DNA of 64,000 nt from positions 20,376 to 84,375 of the forward strand of contig JAEYRB010000007.1 of the NCBI GenBank assembly GCA_023409735.1, read 5' to 3'. Positions within the stretch are counted from its first letter, which is position 1; every line of letters starts with the position of its first letter. The stretch is from Bacillota bacterium. Its GTDB lineage: Bacteria; Bacillota; Clostridia; Acetivibrionales; DTU013. Below the pieces are notes generated by a model. That model was not told where the DNA came from and ran no database searches. It worked only from the letters and a program-made list of their open reading frames with translations. The translations under genes and the position numbers were made by a program. Of the stretch, positions 18,008 to 26,652 are shown piece by piece.

Positions 18008-18487
18008 CAGTACGCTTGCTCCATCTGCTATAAGAGCCGCGACAAGTGTATATCTGATATTTTTTATCCCTACCGAGCCGAAATACACAGTCAACGTGTA
18101 AAAAATAGTCTCTGTTGATCCCATCATAGTCGAGGCAACCCTACCTATATAGGAATCGGCTCCGTATTTTTTTATAATGTCCGCCACAAGTGCCAAAGAA
18201 GCGCTCCCTGAAACAGGTCTCAAAAGTGCAAGTGGCATTGTCTCAACAGGTATGCCCAGAAGCCTTGCTATAGGCTCAAGAAGAAATATTATGAAATCAA
18301 GTGCACCTGATGCTCTGAAAACAGCAACCGCGGTCATTAGCCCAACCAGTGGCGGCAGTATCTTCAGCACAGTCGTCACTCCATCCTTAGCACCTTCAAC
18401 AAAGGCATCATAGACCTTTACCTTCTTGAGCACCCCGACAATAAGTATCAATATGAATAAAACAGGTATTACATATATTGAGATCAT
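17969..18487 (-). CDS. spmB: Spore maturation protein B
   Basis: Full-length similarity to the SpmB pattern (nucleoside-recognition/Gate-type membrane protein: LRPVSGSASLALV, STETIFYT) and pairing with spmA. Confidence 0.85.
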   Translation of the reverse strand: MISIYVIPVLFILILIVGVLKKVKVYDAFVEGAKDGVTTVLKILPPLVGLMTAVAVFRASGALDFIIFLLEPIARLLGIPVETMPLALLRPVSGSASLALVADIIKKYGADSYIGRVASTMMGSTETIFYTLTVYFGSVGIKNIRYTLVAALIADGASVLASAWVCALIFGR

Positions 18488-18616
18488 GACTTCTTATTAA
18501 GCCGCCTTTGCATTTTATTTAATGATGATGAGGCATGTACGTTGTATCACAGATATGTTCCGAGGTATATGTGCTACAAATTTTGTTAATCGAAAGTCAG
18601 TCTGCTGTATCTCAAA

Positions 18617-19204
18617 TCAATGTGACATTGTAGATGTCTTTGATAAAATAAAGGCACTGATCACACCTGCAATGGTGGCACAGACCGATGCAGCCCACAC
18701 ACATGATGTAATCTCTGATGGAGCAGTAGAGCCTGCATTGCTCCTGATTGCAATTATTGTAGTGGGTATAAGCTGAATTGCTGATGTATTAAGTATAAGG
18801 AACATACACATCGAATCTGAAGCTGTATCCTTTTTTGTGTTCACTTTCTGCAGCTCACCCATAGCCCTTATTCCAAGCGGAGTTGCTGCATTGCCCAATC
18901 CGAGGAAATTGGCTGCAAGATTCATTACAACCGCTCCCATCGCACGATCATTTTTTGCAATCTGCGGGAACAAAATTTTAAGAACAGGTCTGGCCAGCCT
19001 GGCTACCGTTTTTATCATGCCGCTTTTCTGAGCAATGTTCATAAGTCCTGACCACAGACATATTATTCCGGCCAGACCTATACTCAGCTCTACGGCGCCC
19101 TGTGATGATGATAATGCCGCTTGAACAGTTTGGTCCAGCCTCCCGTTCAAAATCGATATTAAAAAACCGACAACCAGCATAAGCATCCATACATAATTAA
19201 GCAT
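18617..19204 (-). CDS. spmA: Spore maturation protein A
   Basis: MLNYVWMLM..VG......GR......A...S...AVELSIGLAG...LW.GLM.IA..SG. AGGAGG lies upstream of the ATG at 19204 (Met12 of the track ORF). Confidence 0.85.
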   Translation of the reverse strand: MLNYVWMLMLVVGFLISILNGRLDQTVQAALSSSQGAVELSIGLAGIICLWSGLMNIAQKSGMIKTVARLARPVLKILFPQIAKNDRAMGAVVMNLAANFLGLGNAATPLGIRAMGELQKVNTKKDTASDSMCMFLILNTSAIQLIPTTIIAIRSNAGSTAPSEITSCVWAASVCATIAGVISAFILSKTSTMSH

Positions 19205-19326
19205 ACAAGTCCCCTCCTGATAATTTATATGAAACAAACAGGGGATTATTGCAGCAAACCTGTTTAAATAATTGAAAATGTAGCAATAATAATTTCTTAG
19301 GATGCTTTATGAACGAGTGAATATTT

Positions 19327-19333
19327 TGTCGAA
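19327..19333 (+). promoter_or_regulatory. Spo0A box (TGTCGAA), distal
   Basis: Perfect match to the 0A-box heptamer in the spmA/abrB divergent intergenic region. Confidence 0.4.
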
Positions 19334-19543
19334 TTTTATACTTTTTGTGTAAAATATTTTCCAGTTAATTTTTAACTTTTCTACATATATTTTTTACAAC
19401 TGGGCAAGCTAAAGATATAAGATTATGTATTTGAATATTCGTGTATGCCTTTAATCAAGCCGTATTTGGGCTGCTTGTGAAACGCTTAGAAATATCTTCC
19501 ATATTATGTCATAGCAATAATTTCAATTTCTTTAAATTAATTG

Positions 19544-19572
19544 TTGACGGATAATGGAATTTATGATACTAT
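19544..19572 (+). promoter_or_regulatory. Candidate sigma-A promoter of abrB (TTGACG-17-TACTAT)
   Basis: -35 at 19544-19549, a 17-nt spacer, and -10 at 19567-19572, about 50 nt upstream of the abrB ATG. Confidence 0.45.
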
Positions 19573-19587
19573 TATAGCACAAAAGTT

Positions 19588-19594
19588 TGTCGAA
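19588..19594 (+). promoter_or_regulatory. Spo0A box (TGTCGAA), promoter-proximal, just downstream of the predicted abrB transcription start
   Basis: Perfect 0A-box heptamer about 16 nt downstream of the -10 element. This is the same arrangement by which Spo0A-P represses abrB in B. subtilis. Confidence 0.5.
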
Positions 19595-19620
19595 TAATGT
19601 TTAGCGGGAGGTAAATCGTA

Positions 19621-19860
19621 ATGAAATCTACTGGTATAGTAAGAAAAGTTGATGAATTAGGCCGAGTAGTTCTTCCTATAGAGTTAAGAAGGACACTTGA
19701 CATCGCAGAAAAGGACGCTCTAGAGATCTATGTTGATGGGTCTACTATCATATTGAAAAAATATGAACCCGCCTGCATCTTCTGCGGAGACGCCAAGGAT
19801 GTTATCGTGTACAAAGGCAAGAATATATGCCCCAATTGCATGAAAGAATTAAAAAAATAA
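19621..19860 (+). CDS. abrB: AbrB-family transition-state regulator with C-terminal CxxC...CxxC tail
   Basis: MKSTGIVRKVDELGRVVLPIELRRTLDIAEKDALEIYVDG is the near-canonical AbrB N-domain. The C-terminus carries CIFCG...CPNC. RBS GGGAGG is upstream. Confidence 0.9.
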   Translation: MKSTGIVRKVDELGRVVLPIELRRTLDIAEKDALEIYVDGSTIILKKYEPACIFCGDAKDVIVYKGKNICPNCMKELKK

Positions 19861-19873
19861 TTATTTTATCTGT

Positions 19874-19907
19874 AAAAAATAAGAGCGTCGACAGGCTCTT
19901 ATTTTTT
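19874..19907. terminator. Rho-independent terminator downstream of abrB (A-tract / hairpin / T-tract, potentially bidirectional)
   Basis: AATAAGAGC-gtcgacag-GCTCTTATT followed by TTTT; preceded by AAAAAA. Confidence 0.75.
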
Positions 19908-19961
19908 ATGCAATTTTTCGAAGAAATCATGTCTAAGCCAGTGCTTTTTCCGCTTAGAAAG

Positions 19962-20810
19962 CTATTTCTCCAACAGGCTATTATAAACCTCTCTTTTGCT
20001 TATACCCCTATCACCGGCTACCCTCTTGAGAGCTTCCTTTCTATCCATACCCTTGTCAGTATAATATTTTAAATGTTCTTCAAGGCTTATTTCATTCCAG
20101 CTTGTAATTTTAGCTTCCTCTACAGCCTCCTGATCTTCACCTTCGAGAACAAGAACATATTCTCCCTTTGGCGCTTGAGCCTCGTATTTTTCTATGGCCT
20201 CGTCAAGGGTACACCTTATGACCTCTTCATGGATCTTCGTGAGTTCCCTGGCCATAGAAATTCGTCTGTTTCCCATTACCTCTCTTAAATCTCTCAGCGT
20301 ATGTATGAGTTTGTGAGGAGCTTCATAAAAGACTAGAGTCCTTGTGTCATTCTTAATTGATCTGAGTCTTTCCATCCTAACCCTTTTATTCACAGGAAGA
20401 AAACCTTCAAAGCTGAATCTTCCTGACGGCAGCCCTGACAACACCACACCCGTAATGACTGCGGCAGGCCCCGGGAGCATGGTAACAGTAATGCCTTCCT
20501 TTGCAGCTAACTTGACAAGGTCTTCTCCGGGATCGGAAATTCCCGGGCAGCCTGCATCTGAAACAAGAGCGATATTCTTACCCCCAAGGAGCTCCTGAAT
20601 CAGCTGAGATCCCTTTTCACTTTTATTGTGTTCATGATAGCTGACCAATGTATTTTTTATTTCAAAACGATTTAGCAGCTTAATAGTCTGTCTAGTATCT
20701 TCAGCGGCGATAATGTCGACCTCTTTTAAAGCCCTCAGAGCTCGCAGAGTTATATCCTCAAGGTTTCCAATGGGGGTAGCTACTAAATAAAGCGTTCCTT
20801 TTTCACTCAA
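19962..20810 (-). CDS. rsmI: 16S rRNA (cytidine1402-2'-O)-methyltransferase
   Basis: GTLYLVATPIGNLEDITLRALRALKEVDIIAAEDTR is the tetrapyrrole-methylase-fold RsmI signature. Syntenic with B. subtilis yabC. Confidence 0.9.
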   Translation of the reverse strand: MSEKGTLYLVATPIGNLEDITLRALRALKEVDIIAAEDTRQTIKLLNRFEIKNTLVSYHEHNKSEKGSQLIQELLGGKNIALVSDAGCPGISDPGEDLVKLAAKEGITVTMLPGPAAVITGVVLSGLPSGRFSFEGFLPVNKRVRMERLRSIKNDTRTLVFYEAPHKLIHTLRDLREVMGNRRISMARELTKIHEEVIRCTLDEAIEKYEAQAPKGEYVLVLEGEDQEAVEEAKITSWNEISLEEHLKYYTDKGMDRKEALKRVAGDRGISKREVYNSLLEK

Positions 20811-20860
20811 AGCTGCTTCTCCCTTTCATTCCTAATAACTTATCCATTTAATGAGAACGT

Positions 20861-21604
20861 TTAATTTGTCCTATTGTAGATAAAATTTATCTCTTCAGAG
20901 TATTGACCGTTCTCGTCATATATATAAAGCGGCTCCTGAACCGTCAACTCAGGATTTCCATTCTTCGTTCCACTGATCAACAGGAGATTGGGCTTTCTCC
21001 CCGGAGATGGCTGAACGAATCGCAGCCATTTAGGTTCTATAGAGTATTTTCTCATAAAAAAGATAATATCCGCCAGCCTTTGTGGTCTATGAACCATGGA
21101 GAACTTTCCCCCAGGACGTAAAAGACCTGCTGCTGCTGAAATAACATCCTCTATGGTACATAATATTTCATGTCTTGAAATCGCCTTGGTATCCTGCGGA
21201 TTAACAAGTCCATTCCCCTTTCCCATATAAGGTGGGTTTGATACTACAGCGTCAAAGCTTGATGCTCCAAAAAGACTGACTGCGGCTTTAATATCACCAT
21301 GTACTATCTCAACTACACTTTCAAGCTTATTAAGAGTGACACTCCTTGAAGCCATTTCCGCCATTTCCTCTTGTATCTCAAGCCCTATCACACTGCTTGG
21401 TTCTTTTTTGGCAGCAAGCAGTAGTGCAATAATTCCTGTTCCTGTTCCCAGATCAATAACCCTGCTCTTTTTTGATACCTGTGCAAAGTGTGAAAGTAGT
21501 ACTGCATCAACACCGAAACAAAAGCCATCCTTTTTTTGAATCAGTCTAAGTCCTTTATATTGCAGATCATCAAGTCTTTCATTTTCAAAAATACAGTTTT
21601 CCAC
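20861..21604 (-). CDS. tRNA (adenine-N6)-methyltransferase, TrmN6/YfiC/YabB-like
   Basis: SAM motif VIDLGTGTGIIAL and catalytic VVSNPPYM. Syntenic with B. subtilis yabB. Confidence 0.8.
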   Translation of the reverse strand: MENCIFENERLDDLQYKGLRLIQKKDGFCFGVDAVLLSHFAQVSKKSRVIDLGTGTGIIALLLAAKKEPSSVIGLEIQEEMAEMASRSVTLNKLESVVEIVHGDIKAAVSLFGASSFDAVVSNPPYMGKGNGLVNPQDTKAISRHEILCTIEDVISAAAGLLRPGGKFSMVHRPQRLADIIFFMRKYSIEPKWLRFVQPSPGRKPNLLLISGTKNGNPELTVQEPLYIYDENGQYSEEINFIYNRTN

Positions 21605-21766
21605 GCAGTTCCGTCCTTCACAAAGTAAAGATATTTAAAAACATTTAATTCCAGTTATTATAAGTGTTTCAATGAGGCTGGGACAATTTTCGCCCGGTAA
21701 TAAAACAAGGAGTCATGCCACGACAAAATGCCGATGCCTGACCCCCCTAACGCTTGTCCAATATTT

Positions 21767-21937
21767 TTACTCCGGCTTTGGAGCATCAACAGGACACACA
21801 TTTGCACATGAACCACAATCTATACATGCGCCTGCATCAATCTCATATTTGCCATCGCCTTCGGAAATACATGATACGGGACACTCAGCCGCACATGCTC
21901 CGCAGCTTATGCAATCATCACTTATCTTATATGCCAT
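21767..21937 (-). CDS. Clostridial-type 2x[4Fe-4S] ferredoxin (56 aa); not in the supplied ORF track
   Basis: Manual translation gives MAYKISDDCISCGACAAECPVSCISEGDGKYEIDAGACIDCGSCANVCPVDAPKPE*. It has two CxxCxxCxxxCP motifs and GGAGG 9 nt upstream of the ATG. It replaces the two spurious + strand ORFs 21672..21998 and 21754..21993. Confidence 0.85.
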   Translation of the reverse strand: MAYKISDDCISCGACAAECPVSCISEGDGKYEIDAGACIDCGSCANVCPVDAPKPE

Positions 21938-22127
21938 CAGGATACACCTCCTATATTATAATTCTACAAATTGCACTACTATTCTATCACTAAAGTGACG
22001 TATTGAAAACACCTATTTATGAATATGCCACCACTATTTGTCTGATGCTATTCGTCCGGGCTTGTTTATCAGCCTTTTGTACGTCTATTTCTAGTATGAC
22101 TATCTGTTTGGTCTAAAGCTGTGATAA

Positions 22128-22997
22128 TCAGTCCTCAAGTGCCTTAAGCGCCTCAATATCCACATCGTTATCATCTTTAACGGAAACATCCTTTATGACC
22201 TTAACATCATTCATTTTATATGATAAAAGATCAGCTTCATTTCCCTTATCAAGCCTTACCTTTACCGTTTCTTTTATAAGGAAGGTCTCAACTACGACGC
22301 CTTGCCCGTCGGGTGTTTCCACAATAGCGCCGACCTTTGGAGCCTTTTTGATAATCTGTTCATATGCGTCCTGCTCATATTTAAGACAGCACATAAGCCT
22401 GCCGCACGTACCTGATATTTTTGTAGGGTTAAGTGAAAGGCCTTGTTCCTTTGCCATCTTTATGGATACAGGCTGGAATTCTCCAAGATATGAACTGCAG
22501 CATAGTACCCTTCCGCACACCCCAATACCGCCCATCATTTTGGATTCGTCCCTGACGCCTATTTGTCTTAGCTCTATTCGCGTTTTAAATATTGCAGCAA
22601 GATCCTTAACTAATTCACGGAAGTCAACCCTTCCGTCAGCAGTAAAATAAAAAAGTATCTTGTTATTGTCAAATGTATATTCAACATCTATAAGCTTCAT
22701 ATCAAGTTTATGATCGCTTATTTTCTTAAGGCATGTATTGAAAGCCTCTTTTTCCTTAACTGAGTTTTCCTGAGCATGGTTTTTATCCTCTTCTGTGGCT
22801 ACGCGCATAACCTTCTTCAGGGGTGCAACTATTTCATCATCCGGCACCTCACGCACAGGAATGACAGCTTCTCCGAACTCTATACCTCTAATTGTCTCTA
22901 CTATAACATTCGTGCCTGCCTCTATATTAAACTGATCAGGGTCAAAGTAATACACCTTGCCAGCTTTCTTAAATCTTACTCCAACCACCTTTACCAT
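22128..22997 (-). CDS. ricT: PSP1-domain regulatory iron-sulfur protein RicT (YaaT, stage 0 sporulation)
   Basis: VVGVRFKKAGKVYYFDP...CGRLMCCLKYE Cys cluster. Directly follows holB with a 1-nt overlap, as in B. subtilis. Confidence 0.85.
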   Translation of the reverse strand: MVKVVGVRFKKAGKVYYFDPDQFNIEAGTNVIVETIRGIEFGEAVIPVREVPDDEIVAPLKKVMRVATEEDKNHAQENSVKEKEAFNTCLKKISDHKLDMKLIDVEYTFDNNKILFYFTADGRVDFRELVKDLAAIFKTRIELRQIGVRDESKMMGGIGVCGRVLCCSSYLGEFQPVSIKMAKEQGLSLNPTKISGTCGRLMCCLKYEQDAYEQIIKKAPKVGAIVETPDGQGVVVETFLIKETVKVRLDKGNEADLLSYKMNDVKVIKDVSVKDDNDVDIEALKALED

Positions 22998-23983
22998 TAA
23001 GTATCCTCCCGAAGCTTAATTAGCAGCTTATCAATTAGAAGTTGATAGTTCGCATTCTGTTTTACTGCTCTGCGGATTTCCTCCACAACCGCTATATTGC
23101 TTATGATTCTGCGGTTTGAGTACATCCTGACATTAGTTAATATCATATCCTTTTTGTCGGAATTAATCAATATCTTTTCATTTCCAGTTTCACATACAAC
23201 CAAAAGATCCCTGTAGTATAGAAGCAAAATATCAAGAATAAGCCCTATGCTGTCCTTATTCTCATCCATAAATGCTTCAAATTTTAAAATCTTGTCTATA
23301 TCTCCTCTGGCTGCACCTGTAACCAGCTCCAGTGTCTTGTCTCTAAGCTGCGATAACTCACCTGAGCCTGCCAATTCAAGTGCAACTCCAATATTACCGT
23401 CAGCATAAGAGACCGCAAGCTCTACCTGCTTCACTTCTCCTCCATATTTTTGCATTACTGCCTGATAAACCTGCTCGTACGTATATTTATTGAAGTTAAT
23501 GCGCTGTGCTCTCGAACGTATTGTCTCAAGTAAAGCATCATAATTATTTGAAAGTAAAATTACAACGACATATGGCGGCGGCTCTTCAAAAGTCTTGAGG
23601 AGGCAATTCTGTGCCTGATCAGTCATTTTTGTAGCATCCTCAATAACATAAACCTTATGTTTTGAGTACATTGGCTTAATAGCAACATCACTCTGAATTT
23701 GCCTTATTAGGTCAACGCCGATACTTGCTTCATCAGAAATTACAGCATTATAATCGGGGTTAGAGCCGTTCTCATACATTCGGCATGGCATACAGCTTCC
23801 GCATACAGCACCATCCTTTGGAGCTTCACACAGCAAAAGTCCTGCAAAAATTCTTGCTATAGTCTTCTTTCCAATTCCGTCTGGCCCTGTAAAAATATAA
23901 GCATGCCCTACTCTATTCTCAGTCAGGGCTCTTTTAAGGCTTCCTATGACCTTGCCTTGACCAATGATATCGTTGAAATTCAT
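22997..23983 (-). CDS. holB: DNA polymerase III subunit delta'
   Basis: HAYIFTGPDGIGKKT P-loop-like motif, a Zn module (C..CGSCMPC) and the SRAQ (SRC-type) motif. Confidence 0.85.
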   Translation of the reverse strand: MNFNDIIGQGKVIGSLKRALTENRVGHAYIFTGPDGIGKKTIARIFAGLLLCEAPKDGAVCGSCMPCRMYENGSNPDYNAVISDEASIGVDLIRQIQSDVAIKPMYSKHKVYVIEDATKMTDQAQNCLLKTFEEPPPYVVVILLSNNYDALLETIRSRAQRINFNKYTYEQVYQAVMQKYGGEVKQVELAVSYADGNIGVALELAGSGELSQLRDKTLELVTGAARGDIDKILKFEAFMDENKDSIGLILDILLLYYRDLLVVCETGNEKILINSDKKDMILTNVRMYSNRRIISNIAVVEEIRRAVKQNANYQLLIDKLLIKLREDT

Positions 23984-24012
23984 TATGTCCTCCGCAAAAT
24001 GTAGAAGTGTAA

Positions 24013-24465
24013 CTATGTAAACAAATCCAGAATTAATCCCCTGATATCATCTAATCTTTGGAGAAGGCTGATATTATCCTTTTCTCCATTCAAGACATCC
24101 TGCGTAAGCAACTCCAACTCTTCATCAATGCTCTTTATAATAGCATATACCTTATGTCTTCCTCGCCTATCAAGCAGACTCTTTTTTGAATATTTTTTAG
24201 AAGACCAGACTGCAGCTTCAATAAATTCAGATATAAGCTTTTTGTATATTCTGAGTTCTCTGACATCAATGTGGCTGGCAAGGTTCTCACCTTGTTTGGT
24301 AATATTACTTGCAAGCTTTTCCAATTGCTGCGTATCTGACATATCGCGCGCTATTGACAGCTGACTGCCAAAATCCACACCGGTATCCAGTCTGGCCTTA
24401 ACACCATCTTTTATTGGCAGGTCCTTCAAGCCTGCAGGATTATTAAGCGAATCACTTACTTTCAA
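24013..24465 (-). CDS. YaaR (DUF327) family protein
   Basis: The size (~150 aa), helical composition and position between darA and holB match B. subtilis yaaR. TTG start with a GGGAGG RBS. Confidence 0.65.
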   Translation of the reverse strand: MKVSDSLNNPAGLKDLPIKDGVKARLDTGVDFGSQLSIARDMSDTQQLEKLASNITKQGENLASHIDVRELRIYKKLISEFIEAAVWSSKKYSKKSLLDRRGRHKVYAIIKSIDEELELLTQDVLNGEKDNISLLQRLDDIRGLILDLFT

Positions 24466-24496
24466 GCTTTACCTCCCGCAATACCGGTATCATTAT

Positions 24497-24543
24497 AACC
24501 TTTAATAAAAGTCTCGAGGACGTAGAGCCCTCTCGCCTTTTTA
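24497..24543. repeat. Dispersed ~48-nt hairpin-type repeat, copy 1
   Basis: AAAAGTCTCGAGG-N5-GAGCCCTC-...-CTTTTTACTG.AG.CCTT. About 79% identical to 34446-34493. Confidence 0.6.
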
Positions 24544-24576
24544 CTGTAGCCCTTTGGACAACGCCAAATATGCGTT

Positions 24577-24906
24577 TTACGTTTTTTCGAAACGTTCTAC
24601 ATCAATTACGAATATTGTCGCTCCCCCTACAACCACCTCAACCGGATACGGGATAAACATTCCTCCCATTCCATTGGGCGTCATACTGGAATTGATGACC
24701 TGCTTTCTGCTTTTTGACCTTTTTCTTATAATACCAAGGACATCTTCAAGCTTTTCCTCATCAACACCCACTAATAATGTGGTATTGCCGGCTTTAAGAA
24801 AACCGCCTGTAGAACATAGCTTTGTTACACTGAATCCGCCTTTATTAAGCTCCTCCATGACCTTTGGGCCATCTTCATCATGTACAATAGCAAATACCAG
24901 TTTCAT
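24577..24906 (-). CDS. darA: Cyclic-di-AMP receptor, PII-like protein DarA (YaaQ)
   Basis: MKLVFAIVHDEDGPKVMEELNKGGFSVTKLCSTGGFLKAGNTTLLVGV is the typical YaaQ sequence. ATG at 24906 with GGGAGG upstream. Confidence 0.8.
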   Translation of the reverse strand: MKLVFAIVHDEDGPKVMEELNKGGFSVTKLCSTGGFLKAGNTTLLVGVDEEKLEDVLGIIRKRSKSRKQVINSSMTPNGMGGMFIPYPVEVVVGGATIFVIDVERFEKT

Positions 24907-24940
24907 ACGGTTCAACCTCCCCATATTAATAATATACCTT

Positions 24941-25588
24941 CTATACTAATTTTATGAAGCCAAGTGCCATATCAAGCTGTCTTCGCACATTAAGCCAAAT
25001 TTCCTCAGGTGATTTTGATGCATCAATAATTTTAATTCTTTGAGGGTTTGATCTTGCAATCTCCTTATAACCCTCATAAACTTTTTTGTGAAAATCCAGA
25101 ACCTCATTTTCTATCCTATCGCTCTGGGACGCCGCAAAACGTCTCATTAAGGCTGCCTCAGGAGCTAGGTCGAAGAAAAAAGTGATATCCGGCATTATAC
25201 CGTTTATGGCCATCTCAGTAATTCTTTTAAGACGATCAATATCCAATCCCCTTCCGAAGCCCTGATAAGCATAAAACGAATCAACATAGCGGTCACAAAT
25301 AACAACAGTACCTTTTTCTATGGAGGGTTTAATTTGCTGCTCTACCAATTGTGCCCTTGCTGCTGAGTAAAGCATAAGCTCGGCAGTATCTGTCATTTCA
25401 GTATATTCCGGATTTAAAATAACAGACCTTATACTTTCACTTATCCTGGTCCCCCCGGGCTCGCGTGTCAGGAGTATTTCACAGCCCATTGAGGAAAGGT
25501 ATTCCTGCATATTTTTGATCTGTGTAGTCTTCCCACTGCCGTCCATTCCTTCAGCTGTAATAAAAAAGCCACGTTTCAATAAAGTCAT
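24941..25588 (-). CDS. tmk: Thymidylate kinase
   Basis: FITAEGMDGSGKTT P-loop, the TREPGGT motif and the DRY motif. Confidence 0.9.
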   Translation of the reverse strand: MTLLKRGFFITAEGMDGSGKTTQIKNMQEYLSSMGCEILLTREPGGTRISESIRSVILNPEYTEMTDTAELMLYSAARAQLVEQQIKPSIEKGTVVICDRYVDSFYAYQGFGRGLDIDRLKRITEMAINGIMPDITFFFDLAPEAALMRRFAASQSDRIENEVLDFHKKVYEGYKEIARSNPQRIKIIDASKSPEEIWLNVRRQLDMALGFIKLV

Positions 25589-25746
25589 TCCAAGCGCCTC
25601 ATAATATTCGTTTTAACAATAAGCCCTGTAGGGATCGTTTCACTTATGCTCTTATATTATACATTGCCGTAATCGTATTGTATATGGGATTATAAAAGTC
25701 CATAGCAGTGCCTAATTATAGTAGAATCACTGTCAGGCAGCGGGAA

Positions 25747-26553
25747 TCAGCGTTCATTAACTTCCTGTGCGCTTTTGTTCTTTTCATATATTATTCTCAG
25801 GCCTTCTAGCGTCAAGCGTCCATTGACTTCGTCTATGGACTCCGTCTCAGGCGCAATAAACTTTGCCAGTCCTCCTGTTGCTATCACACGAGTATTTTCT
25901 TCTTTCATTTCAGCCTTTATCCTGTTTACAAGATAGTTGACCGTTCCCACATAGCCAAAAAATACTCCTGACTGCATACTCACAGAAGTGCTTCTGCCAA
26001 TAACCTCGTCATGCTTAGTCAGATCTATTCTAGGTAGCTTTGCTGTCCTTTGATATAGCGCCTCGGCTGAAATTTTTATTCCCGGACATATGGCTCCTCC
26101 CAGGAACTCACCTTTAGAAGATATGGCATTAAAGGTCGTAGCTGTACCAAAGTCCACTACTATGACAGGCCCTCCATATATTTCATATGCAGCCACAGCG
26201 CTGGCTATTCTATCAGCTCCAAGCTCACGCGGGTTATCATACTTAACGTTAATACCTGTTTTTAAGCCGGGTCCGATCAATATCGGCTTCCTCTTTAAGT
26301 ACTTTTCAATGGCATGCTCGAACGAATACATGATGGGGGGAACAACTGAAGCTACAATTACCGCTTCTATATCGGATATATTTAATTTTTCATAATTAAA
26401 AAACTGCACAAAATACAATCCAAACTCATCTGATGTCCATTCTCTGTTTGTTGCGAGCTTCCAATGAGCTATAAGCTTTTTTTGCTGGTATACGCCAATT
26501 CTGATGTTAGTATTACCAATATTAATTGCTAAAAGCACTAATCCAACCTCCAA
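25747..26553 (-). CDS. coaX: Type III pantothenate kinase
   Basis: LLAINIGNTNIRIGV, VVDFGTATT and ATGGLA motifs of the CoaX/ASKHA fold. Confidence 0.9.
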   Translation of the reverse strand: MEVGLVLLAINIGNTNIRIGVYQQKKLIAHWKLATNREWTSDEFGLYFVQFFNYEKLNISDIEAVIVASVVPPIMYSFEHAIEKYLKRKPILIGPGLKTGINVKYDNPRELGADRIASAVAAYEIYGGPVIVVDFGTATTFNAISSKGEFLGGAICPGIKISAEALYQRTAKLPRIDLTKHDEVIGRSTSVSMQSGVFFGYVGTVNYLVNRIKAEMKEENTRVIATGGLAKFIAPETESIDEVNGRLTLEGLRIIYEKNKSAQEVNER

Positions 26554-26652
26554 GCGGGACTTACAAAATTAATGAGGCGAAAGCTGTCCCCTATTCGAAA
26601 CATTTCTATGACCTGCACGTTATAATCCGCAATTGTCCAATCAAAGTCAAAT

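Noticed and set aside
5482-19620. Classifying the accessory segment as a genomic island or mobile element
   Set aside because: I could see no integrase, recombinase, transposase, tRNA attachment site or terminal inverted repeats. Only the local 27-bp direct repeat around the GNAT/TA cassette hints at insertion.
21664-21679. 16-nt identity GTGTTTCAATGAGGCT shared with 28892-28907
   Set aside because: About one chance 16-mer match is expected in a 64-kb window when both strands are considered, and the flanks are unrelated.
21672-21998. Plus-strand ORFs 21672..21998 and 21754..21993
   Set aside because: The minus strand encodes a textbook 2x[4Fe-4S] ferredoxin with an SD. The plus-strand products have no recognisable features.
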